This document shows positions 1-10,000 of a stretch of DNA of 64,000 bases, piece after piece; the first letter of the stretch is position 1; each line of letters opens with the position of its first letter. The DNA comes from a virus. The stretch is from the IMG/VR virus record IMGVR_UViG_3300042448_002155, positions 49,715 to 113,714 of that record; one strand, 5' to 3'. The notes beneath the pieces are model-generated. The model ran no database searches and had not been told where the DNA came from. It worked only from the letters and a program-made list of their open reading frames with translations. The position numbers and the translations under genes were made by a program.

Positions 1-1778
1 AAGAATGGCTTGTGATTAAAGTGCACCATTTCCAAATCAATAACTAGAGCGAATGGATAATTTGGAACTGTTGATACTGACATATTAGAAAGTCCAACGG
101 CAGTGATTCCATGTATTGAGTTAAGGTATTGATTCTTTACTGGTAGTATTGGCGAATATTTAAATGCTGCGACTAGACCTCTAAGGGAAGAAAGAAATTT
201 ATCTATTTTCTCTTCGTCATGTCCACCTTTTTTGAAGTCAATCTTAAAGCTTTCGTCTAGATTTATTGACGCTGCGTCATCTATGGATAAGCCCCATATC
301 TCTTCATAGTTAGGAAAGAAGAGCCGCATAGAAATAATGGTTTCTTTGTAACCTGCGTTAAACTTAGGAGTATTTTTTTGTCTAATGGCTCCACCAGTTA
401 ATGATCCTGTTTTGTAATTAGAATTAACACTAATTGAAATCGGAGGAACGTAGAAGTTTGCTGCACCCAATCGAAGATGGAACATGTCTGGTTTTCTAGG
501 TGGAATGTTTTCTCTAAAGGGAAAATCTTCAATTGCCTTTTTAATTTGTTGTGCGGTATTTTTTATCTGAAAAGCCAAGGTAAATATTGGCCTATTATCT
601 TTGGTGACTCCAAAAGCTCTTTCCAATGATATAATTGCATCAGCCTCATTGTTTAGCGTGTCTTCTGCTCCACCGCCTTGACCATTATTGGAATAGTCCC
701 CGACTACTGCTAGAGCATCAAAGACAAAGGTAACTAGGCTCGGAAAATAATAATTAATTATTGAAAATGATATTGGATCTCTTTGAAGGTTGTAAACTAC
801 TTCACTCAATATTGTTAACCACGGCGTATCTATTGCCGGATCAATATATTCATCCATTGATGTTTTAGCTGTTGCAACACTCTGCAGTCTTTTTTTTGCA
901 AAGTTGCTAATTTCGTACGCGAATGACGCTAGGTACAGAAGTCCACTAGACTCTAGCTTAGCATAAACTGATTTAGAAGATGCCTCATCCAAGCTTGAGG
1001 CAAGAGAGTTTAAGGAAAATACCCTACTAGTCGTCCCTTGAGCGTTGGCATCTGACACATAATCTTGACCTCTAGTCTCAGTAAAGTATCTACCTATTAC
1101 TCCATTGATATCATTAGTCTCATTTACTGGATCGCTCCCGTATACATTATGTAAAAATATTTTAAATTCCGCTAAATATTCTAAGGTCAATTCGCCTTCA
1201 GTGTTGCCATCACTTAGTTCTTCATCTTTTTCTGATGTATTTATTTTTTCCGTTTGCTCAAGAGCAGCTAATTCCTCATCAGTTATTCCGTCTTCACCTA
1301 TATAACTTTTCCAGATATTAAGCCTGTCAAGAATAATTGACTTAGCTGTTTGCATTGTGATTTTTTTTGGAGAATTGTTAGGTAAGTAGGCGTAAAAAAA
1401 CCAACTTAATGCTTCAGATAGTGTTGGAACATTTATGGTAGCATACCCGAAATTAACTGCCCATGTCTGAAATGTTTCAAGTACAAATTCTAAATTTGAA
1501 TCTTTATCTAAAACTTCGCAGTTTGCCAAACGAAGTATTGACAAATAGGCGTACTGGTCGCCTGTGCTTTTGAAGTCATCATCAATTGCATAAATAAGGG
1601 CTTTTCCAGCTTGATTGTTATCGTAACCAATTATATCCGGATAATATCCTGGCAAAATTAAGAACGCGTACATATCGTTTTCATCGAAGCCCGTAATATC
1701 TTCAATTATTGAATTAATACGATCTTCATCTTCAGATAGATACTTTAAAAGATCTTTTGCTATTGGATTAATTGCCAT
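1..1778 (-). CDS. Large virion/baseplate-region protein, runs off the left edge (absent from ORF track)
   Basis: Hand translation from ATG at 1778 (MAINPIAKDLL...) stays open to base 1. It includes LRLGAANFYVPPISISV...MRLFFP and lies downstream of the tail genes. Confidence 0.7.
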   Translation of the reverse strand, partial: MAINPIAKDLLKYLSEDEDRINSIIEDITGFDENDMYAFLILPGYYPDIIGYDNNQAGKALIYAIDDDFKSTGDQYAYLSILRLANCEVLDKDSNLEFVLETFQTWAVNFGYATINVPTLSEALSWFFYAYLPNNSPKKITMQTAKSIILDRLNIWKSYIGEDGITDEELAALEQTEKINTSEKDEELSDGNTEGELTLEYLAEFKIFLHNVYGSDPVNETNDINGVIGRYFTETRGQDYVSDANAQGTTSRVFSLNSLASSLDEASSKSVYAKLESSGLLYLASFAYEISNFAKKRLQSVATAKTSMDEYIDPAIDTPWLTILSEVVYNLQRDPISFSIINYYFPSLVTFVFDALAVVGDYSNNGQGGGAEDTLNNEADAIISLERAFGVTKDNRPIFTLAFQIKNTAQQIKKAIEDFPFRENIPPRKPDMFHLRLGAANFYVPPISISVNSNYKTGSLTGGAIRQKNTPKFNAGYKETIISMRLFFPNYEEIWGLSIDDAASINLDESFKIDFKKGGHDEEKIDKFLSSLRGLVAAFKYSPILPVKNQYLNSIHGITAVGLSNMSVSTVPNYPFALVIDLEMVHFNHKPF

Positions 1779-1787
1779 TGCGCTTTC

Positions 1788-2237
1788 CTATTTAAACATC
1801 ATATTGTTACGAATAATAGTTCTAAGTCTATCACTTGAAGAATCTTTCATAGTAATAGAACTATAGTTATCTATTATACTAGACTTTGTTTCTCTTTTGA
1901 ATGAATCTAGAGTAAAACTTTGTTTTTTTGTTTGCAGGTCTTTATTGTATCTGGCTTGCTGATGTCTTTTTCCGCTATATCCACTGCCATTCATCTGGAT
2001 ATGCGTACTTGGAGCATTGTCTAGCCCCTCTTTGGAGTACTTGATTTTGTCAGATTTTCCTGATGACTCCATTTTTTGGCGCGATTCACCAACAACATTT
2101 TGCGATGGAGTTTTGCTTGAGACTATCTTTGCTGCGTACTTACTTGCCGTTAAGGATCTATGAGACGTATCTTTGGGTTGTTTAGCAGCAGCACTTAATG
2201 CTTTATTTTGGTCCTTGACATTTAAAATCATATACAT
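1788..2237 (-). CDS. Hypothetical basic protein (149 aa)
   Basis: ORF tightly packed between co-oriented genes. Confidence 0.6.
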   Translation of the reverse strand: MYMILNVKDQNKALSAAAKQPKDTSHRSLTASKYAAKIVSSKTPSQNVVGESRQKMESSGKSDKIKYSKEGLDNAPSTHIQMNGSGYSGKRHQQARYNKDLQTKKQSFTLDSFKRETKSSIIDNYSSITMKDSSSDRLRTIIRNNMMFK

Positions 2238-2243
2238 TTAACC

Positions 2244-5200
2244 TTAATAAGATCGGGCTATCGATTGATATGGGTCTCTTGCCACATCCGGGATTCTATT
2301 ATACATAGTACTGTTAATACTCCCATTAGTGAGTCCCGATGCTGCTGCACTAAATTTTTGTATTTGGTCCCTATCGCCAAATAGGGAGACCTTATAATTC
2401 ATGCCCGCAGTAAAGCCTTGACCTCGTGCCTGTGGAATTTCTGACATTCTCTTTGGATAGTCGGACTCATAAGCTGATCCTCCTGGCAAAAGGGGTGGGC
2501 CGGACATGGCTTCCTGAGTGTGATCTTTTTTGTTTTGATATAAAAAGCTAGCTGCTATAGCTATTCCAGCACCTATGGCTGCATTGCGGACTCCGGGTTT
2601 GGCGAACTGCTCTGCTAGATATTGTTTGTTCATTCTTTTGTACATCGATTGTGAGGCAGTTGATTTCTTTACCTGCGACAGGTCCCTAAGGGTGTCTGCA
2701 ACAACTCCTGGAGTTGTTTCTGTTATATCATCTGCGGAAGAAAGAATTCTACTTGAAGCTAAATCTCCATTTAAGAAGGCTGCAGCTTCCTTGTCTGCCT
2801 GTGCATTCAATTCAAAGGCAGTTTTATTTCTTAGCGCTCTAGCTATTTGCTGTTCTTCCATAGTGCCTGCCCCTTCCTCGGCCTGGCCTTTTATGATTGA
2901 TGAAATAACAGAAGAAGTTTTGCCTGTTCCAAAAAAGTCATCTGCAAAATCTAAGTCCAGCGCATCATCCATGATGCCTGCCTTTTGAGTATCGGACATA
3001 TTGCCAAAAATGTCATCGACGTATTGTCTTAGTTGAAGGTTCTTAGTTGACTTTTCGTATATAGCCTTTTGATCTGACATTTGCATATACCTATGAAAGA
3101 GATTAAGGCTCTCATTGTCTATGTTTGTTGATGAGTCTGGAAGTTTTGTAAAAAACTCTGGAGCTATTTTTCTTCTTAATCCGCCATATTGAAGGGCGCT
3201 AGTTAGTTCATACCCAGATATGCCCATTGATTTTTGCACGTCTTGAAGATTTCTTAGTAAATTATCTCCCAGTTCTATTTTTTTTATCTCTAATGCTATT
3301 TTTGATGATTCTGCAAAAGAGCCACTTTGTATTTCGTCAGCTAAACTTTGTACTGCTTTTATTCTTTCTTGATTTTCGTCTAATATTTTTTCTGCTGCAA
3401 TTCGTGATCTTTCGCTTGTCCTGGAGACTAGCTCTTGTTCTTGACTGATTTGCGCATTTCTTCCCAGTTTTGCCATGGCTTCTAGGTAATAGTTTGAAGT
3501 ATTAGCTACGTCTACTATCTCAGAGAGTGATCCTTTTGCTATAATTCCTCTGGCCCTTAAAACTTTTTCTACTTCGTCATATTGTTGAGATTCTACGGCT
3601 TTATTAATGTCAGTTACATCTGCAGCGTTGTCTGCCTCCAACATCCCTGCTGATAAACTTCTTGCAAAATTTATAAGATCATTCTTATTCATTTTTTTAC
3701 TAGTTAAGAAAGCTTCATCGAGTACAAGGGCCTTACGTGGATCCATTGGATCCATTCCATCAAGTTTGTGTTTTTGCCTTAAGTAACCAAACATTTTTCC
3801 ATACTGTTGCATTGTTTTGTCGCCAAAATCATTTAGGTTAGTTTCTTTTCCGTATAATTCTTTTAGTACTTTTACTCCCAAGTTTGGATCTCCATTTGCA
3901 AGCTTAGTAGTTTGCCCCAACAGCATTCGTCCAGATGTAAAAGTTTGCGTCATGTCAATGACGGTTTCAGCTGGAGTAAAAGCTAACATTAGCTTCTTAT
4001 TTATCAAGTCCTCTTGTATGCCAGGAATTGTCCCCAGCATGTCTTCCATCTGCCTTAGGCCATGTCCAACCACAGTAGCTCTATTAATGTACTGTCCAAG
4101 GATGTTTGTATTTTCTATTGCTGAGTCAATACTCTTATTTATGAAAGATTTTCCTAGTGCAATACTTTTTTGTTCAGGGCTAATATTTAACGCATTGACT
4201 GTCTTATAAAACTTATCTGATAAACTTTGTATTTCCCTATCGGCGTCTTCAAGATCAACTCCGCCTAAATTTAAACGATTTTTTCTTTGATCTTTTAATT
4301 CTTTCGTCATCTGTTGAAGTTGACTTTTTTGCGATCTACTTATCAGGCTCATGCTATCTAGACTTGATAAGACTTCTTGTTCGAGTGGCATTTCTGCCAC
4401 TTCTGCCACTAGCCTCTGGAACCCAAGTGACATTAGTCCTGGATCTTGGTCACCTAAAGCGATTAATTTTGTTGCAGAGAAATGAGTAACTCCTTCTGTG
4501 CCATCGTCTAAAGTTCCAAAAACTCCTAATTTTTTAAAAAAGTTTTTATTAAAATCTCGCATTCCGCCAGTTCTAACACCATTGTCGAACTTAGCGCCGC
4601 TTAAGATGTCATTAACCTCAATGGTTAATTGTTCAATTGTACCCATCATTGAACTATTTATGACATCATCTGAAACTCCAGATCCGTCAAATGCCATTTT
4701 TAATCCAAGAAATTTAGAATCTCCTTTAGCCATCTCATCCAAAGTCTTCATAAAGAATCTATTGCCACCAAAAATTTCACGATAGCTTTCTATGTCCTCA
4801 AACCTAGTAAGGCCAATAACTTCGCCCATTGAAGTAGGCTGACGGACCATGGCGGCACCTAGTCTGCGCTTACCTTCAGACATATAGGTTCCAAGTATAG
4901 GCAATCCCTTATCGTCTAAGTCGAAACCTCCTAGTGCATGATAGAACTTTCTAATGTCATCTTCATGAAATAAAATATTATGATTAGAAACTCTGAACTG
5001 CGCAATCTGTGCGGAAATTTCATCGCCAGCTTCACCTATCGTTACCTTAATCGGCTTTCCTGATAATATCTTTGTTGGGTCAATGTCAATTGACTTTCCT
5101 GATAGCGTCTTTCTTCCAGTAGTTCCAGTCATTGCATTTGCTTCCGAGTTAAGAGCAAATCTATATACATCACCAACCACTGGAAGTCTCTGCCCATTTT

Positions 5201-7097
5201 TTGTTTTATACAACTCAGCTTCATAGTATTTTTTTAACAGATTTAAATATTCTGGAGAATCATTAATGCTTATACCACTTCTATGCAGATCTAAGATTCT
5301 TTGCGCAAAGTCTCTATTTAACATTTTTGAAAATTGCTGAGGTTCCGCAAACTGTTCAATATCTTGTTGTGCAAGTTTTTTAATCCCCTGCAAAACTTCA
5401 CTGTTATCGGTTAAGCGCCCACTTTCCAATATCCCCTTAAATTCATCTAACACATTTCTTGAGTACTTGCTGGATATTGCTATATCTTCTGTGTTTCCAA
5501 ATATTGCGTCATGGAAAGAAGCCAACATTGGGTCCGTGTACACTCTAGAAGTGGATTCAGCTAGTCCGCTTAGATTTAATACAGGAGTACCTGCTGCTAT
5601 TCCTGTTTCTTTCTTTAATCCACTAATTGATGTTATGATTCCATACTTCTCAAATCTTTTTGAAAAATTTTTAAATTGAGCCGCTGACTTATAAGAGTAA
5701 TCAACACCGCCAATTCGCACAGAACCTCTAACCGTACCCTGAGATAAACCTATGGCCTCTCCGTCTTTTATATTTAGCTCAGATAACTGCCTTCTTAATT
5801 CAACCTTACGAATCATTGATTGTTCATCCCTATTTTGGGTTAGACTCCCCAATTCTTGGTGCAAGGTTTTTCTTAATTCACTTGCAAATTTTGTATTGAT
5901 TAACGATGAACCATCTCGACCTTTCTCCAACTCATCTAGCAGGCTCTTAATAACTCCGCTTGTTTCATCATCAATTAAACTTGAATTGTTAGGGTCGTTT
6001 AGGAACTTTTTTATTTCATTGGTGCCGAATATGCCCTTATCGGAGTCATTCTTTCCGTCTCTAATAATATCTTTTACGAGATTTTCTAGTGAATTAAGTA
6101 TTTTTGTTTTATCTAAATTTGACGTCGGTGTTGTCCGAGATTTAATTATTTCATCTAATACATTATTAACATAACTGCTTGCTTCTTCAACCGCTGTTCC
6201 GCCACCCTTATACTGAAAAGATTCTTCCATAAATGCTCTTACGTCAAATTGCTTTGTGCCTAGGGCAAAGTTCTTAGCGGTGTCCTGATCAAAGCCTAAG
6301 GCTATTGTCTCAAACACATTGTCCATAGCAAGAGTGGCTTGTGATAATTCATCCATTATTCCTTTAGGCCCAAAAACTGTAGGCTTGCTCAGGAACGATT
6401 TCATGAGGTCTCCGGATATGGAAATATCTCTTGGAGAAAGAACACCTTTTAATCTTTTTGGAAGCTTTGCAAATAATTTAGATAAGCCTTCGTTTCCACC
6501 TTTTAATGCTTTATCTAATTCGTCTGGAGTGAACAAAGGTCTTCCGCCTTTGGACATTGCCTCTAGGGTTTCCTCCATTGACAATACTCGATCACCTTGG
6601 CGAAGACTAAGAGCCATTCCACCCTCATCGGTAGGAAATATTAATCCAGCCTTTTGATTTTTCATGTCCTGAAGGAATTTTCCAATACTTTCAGAGCCAG
6701 CTTCTGCTTTATGAATTTTGATTTGAGCACCGTATTGCTGATCTCCAGTCAACCCTAATGCTTCATTAATATCCATGAGCACCTGCCCGTAACCCCTGTA
6801 CGTGGAAGGGCCAAGAGTTCCTGGCTCGATATTTACTAGCTCAGTCAATCCAAAGCTAGATACATGCTGCGCAACCTCTTCTATTGAATCGGATACGAAC
6901 TGTGCTGATTGGCCTGCCTTTAGCCTTAGGGGGTCAATGTAGGTTGATTTAAATTTTAATTTTCCGTCAACATCAACAACTTCTATCAATCCTTTTTGGC
7001 CAAGATAGCTTTTACTTAAAGCCTGTTTGGCTAAAAGTAATCGTCTCTCCCTTGGCATGGGAGATAGGTATGACTGAATATAATCAGATACAGACAT
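2244..7097 (-). CDS. Putative virion-associated single-chain two-barrel RNA polymerase-like protein (1617 aa) with a C-terminal hydrophobic segment
   Basis: Ordered motifs KLPKRL, RDGSSLI, GTVRG...YKS, GGFDLDD (4911-4931), VRQPTSMGE and LGQYIN. These parallel YonO/RdRP motifs and the ORF at 60553. Confidence 0.6.
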   Translation of the reverse strand: MSVSDYIQSYLSPMPRERRLLLAKQALSKSYLGQKGLIEVVDVDGKLKFKSTYIDPLRLKAGQSAQFVSDSIEEVAQHVSSFGLTELVNIEPGTLGPSTYRGYGQVLMDINEALGLTGDQQYGAQIKIHKAEAGSESIGKFLQDMKNQKAGLIFPTDEGGMALSLRQGDRVLSMEETLEAMSKGGRPLFTPDELDKALKGGNEGLSKLFAKLPKRLKGVLSPRDISISGDLMKSFLSKPTVFGPKGIMDELSQATLAMDNVFETIALGFDQDTAKNFALGTKQFDVRAFMEESFQYKGGGTAVEEASSYVNNVLDEIIKSRTTPTSNLDKTKILNSLENLVKDIIRDGKNDSDKGIFGTNEIKKFLNDPNNSSLIDDETSGVIKSLLDELEKGRDGSSLINTKFASELRKTLHQELGSLTQNRDEQSMIRKVELRRQLSELNIKDGEAIGLSQGTVRGSVRIGGVDYSYKSAAQFKNFSKRFEKYGIITSISGLKKETGIAAGTPVLNLSGLAESTSRVYTDPMLASFHDAIFGNTEDIAISSKYSRNVLDEFKGILESGRLTDNSEVLQGIKKLAQQDIEQFAEPQQFSKMLNRDFAQRILDLHRSGISINDSPEYLNLLKKYYEAELYKTKNGQRLPVVGDVYRFALNSEANAMTGTTGRKTLSGKSIDIDPTKILSGKPIKVTIGEAGDEISAQIAQFRVSNHNILFHEDDIRKFYHALGGFDLDDKGLPILGTYMSEGKRRLGAAMVRQPTSMGEVIGLTRFEDIESYREIFGGNRFFMKTLDEMAKGDSKFLGLKMAFDGSGVSDDVINSSMMGTIEQLTIEVNDILSGAKFDNGVRTGGMRDFNKNFFKKLGVFGTLDDGTEGVTHFSATKLIALGDQDPGLMSLGFQRLVAEVAEMPLEQEVLSSLDSMSLISRSQKSQLQQMTKELKDQRKNRLNLGGVDLEDADREIQSLSDKFYKTVNALNISPEQKSIALGKSFINKSIDSAIENTNILGQYINRATVVGHGLRQMEDMLGTIPGIQEDLINKKLMLAFTPAETVIDMTQTFTSGRMLLGQTTKLANGDPNLGVKVLKELYGKETNLNDFGDKTMQQYGKMFGYLRQKHKLDGMDPMDPRKALVLDEAFLTSKKMNKNDLINFARSLSAGMLEADNAADVTDINKAVESQQYDEVEKVLRARGIIAKGSLSEIVDVANTSNYYLEAMAKLGRNAQISQEQELVSRTSERSRIAAEKILDENQERIKAVQSLADEIQSGSFAESSKIALEIKKIELGDNLLRNLQDVQKSMGISGYELTSALQYGGLRRKIAPEFFTKLPDSSTNIDNESLNLFHRYMQMSDQKAIYEKSTKNLQLRQYVDDIFGNMSDTQKAGIMDDALDLDFADDFFGTGKTSSVISSIIKGQAEEGAGTMEEQQIARALRNKTAFELNAQADKEAAAFLNGDLASSRILSSADDITETTPGVVADTLRDLSQVKKSTASQSMYKRMNKQYLAEQFAKPGVRNAAIGAGIAIAASFLYQNKKDHTQEAMSGPPLLPGGSAYESDYPKRMSEIPQARGQGFTAGMNYKVSLFGDRDQIQKFSAAASGLTNGSINSTMYNRIPDVARDPYQSIARSY

Positions 7098-10000
7098 TAT
7101 CTAACACCGGCATTAATATCAATTTGCTCCGATCCAAAAGGATTCATAACTGGGATAACAGACCCTGATACTCCCATGCCACTCATGAGTGATCTCAATC
7201 TTGATGCGGTGTCCGTTTGAGATCCAGATCCACCACCAAATCTAGGATAGCTAGGATTAGATAAACTAGCTTCCTGTAGCTGTTGAGGATAGTAACCCAT
7301 CTGCGACATTTCTAGACCCATGCTTTGACCAATTTTTATTTTAACTTGATCCATACTAGTGTTTGGGTGCCAACCCTCCCAGCTTTCATCTGGTAGTTCG
7401 TGTCTAGCAAAGTAGTCAGTTAACTCTGGCCTCTTCTCTACATCCATACCCCAGGCTGCTTCATATATTCTTCTTTCAAGCCTTCCTGCTGTATCTAATA
7501 TTCTTTTTCTTTCCTCTACGGGAGCATTAATCATGGCTTTAAAATGTTCTCTTTTTCTTTTGGGTATAGATAGAGAAAGCGATTCTACATCAGTTCCATA
7601 TTTTCCTGAATTTATATCTTCTATTGGAGCGCCGTACATTGTTCTCTTAGCCGCCGATTCATACTGGAAAGCTGCTCCCTTATCTCCAGCCATGTTAGCC
7701 ATCTTAGCTAATCTAGTATTTTTAGTATAATTTAAAATGTCTGCATATTCTTCTAACGCAAGTTCTTTCTTTCTCGTTCTTGGTATAAACTTTTCTCCAG
7801 TAATGGCCTCATTGGCCGAATGCAATGATGAGACGGTAAGCCCTGTTATTGCTCCTAATGTGGACATCACCAATTTACCCTTAGAGGTTTCTCCGAAAAA
7901 TGAACCAGCTACTGCTAATGCAGCTGTTGCAGATATAGGATCTCTATTGCCAGCCTTATTTATCATTGGGGCTATGAAACTTTCAAAAGGTCTTTGCCAT
8001 TCTGGGAAGGTTGCCCCGTATACGTTATTTCTTTCCCAATCCTCAGTTGCAGTTTGTTTGTTTACAAACTTCTTATTAATAAAAGTGTCTTTATGGGCCA
8101 GCATTTCGCCCATTCTGCCAAGAGCATGTACATTTGGATTAACGCCCATTTGCTCTGGAGTACTATTCTTGTATTTATATTCAGTAAATTCTTTTTTCTG
8201 TTGTAATGACGCTGATCGTTCTCTGAGTTCTTGAACTTTTAATTTATCTGCGGGGCCGTTCACCATCGAGTCTATGGTTTTATCTAGCGATCTGAATTGC
8301 TTTGAATACGGGGCAACATCGCCAAGTATCTTATATTGATCCATAACCCCATAGCGACCAGAGGCATCGGAGCTGAGTCTATTTAGTCTTTCATAGGCTA
8401 CTCCTGGTAGTCTAAGTTCTCCTTCTGGGACTTTTGCAAACGGGTCACCCGTGGTAAAGTCAGTAAAGTATTCTGACCCAGGAAGAAATGGATACTGTCT
8501 TCCCATTGTATTCTTAATTGGGTTTATATAATCAACGCCAGATCTTTCTTTGGGTATAAATCTTCTTGTTATTTCGGAAAACTCGATAGAACCTATTTGG
8601 CCTCCGCCTAACATAGGCACGTCCCCCAGGCCTCCTAGGTTCAGATCCCAAAATTGTCTTCCAGTTCCATACGCTTTAGAGGCTGATTGTAATACTGATC
8701 TTTGAGGTGCAAAATCTCTTTGGCCTAATCCAAAACTTTCTCGCACACTGCTTGCTGCGAAACCATAAATTCCTAACATTTCTTGAGCCCTATATCCAAA
8801 TTCTTGTGCTTGGATTTGTGGGTTACCAACACTCAATGGACTGCCAGCAGGTACGATTCGTTGGGGCATAATTCCAGATACTTTAGGTGGGCCATAAGCC
8901 ATCTGCATGTATTGATTATTTATACCTGATATTGTATTTCTAGTTTCATTTCTTGCGGTGTTAAGGGATCCAGCCCTTCCTGCTAACATTGCGTTAGAAG
9001 ACGCCTGTGCGCCGTTTGGAGGGCCTCCAAAGCCTCCCATGGTCATTCCACCAGCAACTCCGCCCATACCGCCAAAAACGCCACCTCTGCCGTTAATGTA
9101 TGGGTCTGCATTATATGCTCCAGACTGACCAGCCGGTGCATAGTTAGCTAGGCCTGCTGCCACTTCCTGTTGGTGCATCATCGTTTGAGGTTTCAGTATT
9201 TTACCGACAGTAGCATTTAAGGCTGGAACAAGAGGTCCGAATGGTCCACTGAAATATTCGCCAGATACAGGATATGGCCTATCTTCAAAATGCTTTCGCT
9301 CATAGCGATATGGATCAAATGGCCTAAGCGGAGAAATATCAGTATGGAACAATGCTCTTTCTATTGGGCTCCCCATATTATCTGAGGTAAACATTGCTCC
9401 AGCTTCTAATTTTCTGTATATACTTGGGCGGTAGTACATAATTTTTCCACCCATAAATGGAGTATTGCCTAACGGCCAAAACCGGCCTTGCCTAATAGCA
9501 ACTTCGCCCTCAAATAATTGTTCTTTCTTTTCTTGAAAATTCATTCCACCGGGAGTAATGCCAGAACCAAGAGCTTGCAGATTTCCTACTGCTTTAGCAG
9601 CTCCGCCGATAAAGAATGGCGAGTAAACCCTTTCTCCCCTATCGTCCTTTTCATTGACCATGCCACCGATAGTTCTATCGACGGTCATTACTCCTAAGCC
9701 AGCGCCATAAAGTGGTAGAACTCTTTTGCCCACCATTCCACTTGTAAATAGACCTATGGGAGAACCATATTGTGAGACATTAAGCTGTAAGCCAATAGTT
9801 CCAAAATATTTATTTAATCTTTCAATGCTATGCGACATTGCCGTAGATGCGCTGGAGTAGCTTTCTACGCTACTGTAGGTATTAATTCCTAGTGCGCTTT
9901 TAACAGCGCCATATGGATTTTTGGCAAAGACGGTTCCAAAGGTTGGAACTAGAAGAGTGTCAGTTGCTGGACCCATAGCTGACCCAAGAGCATCACTAGA

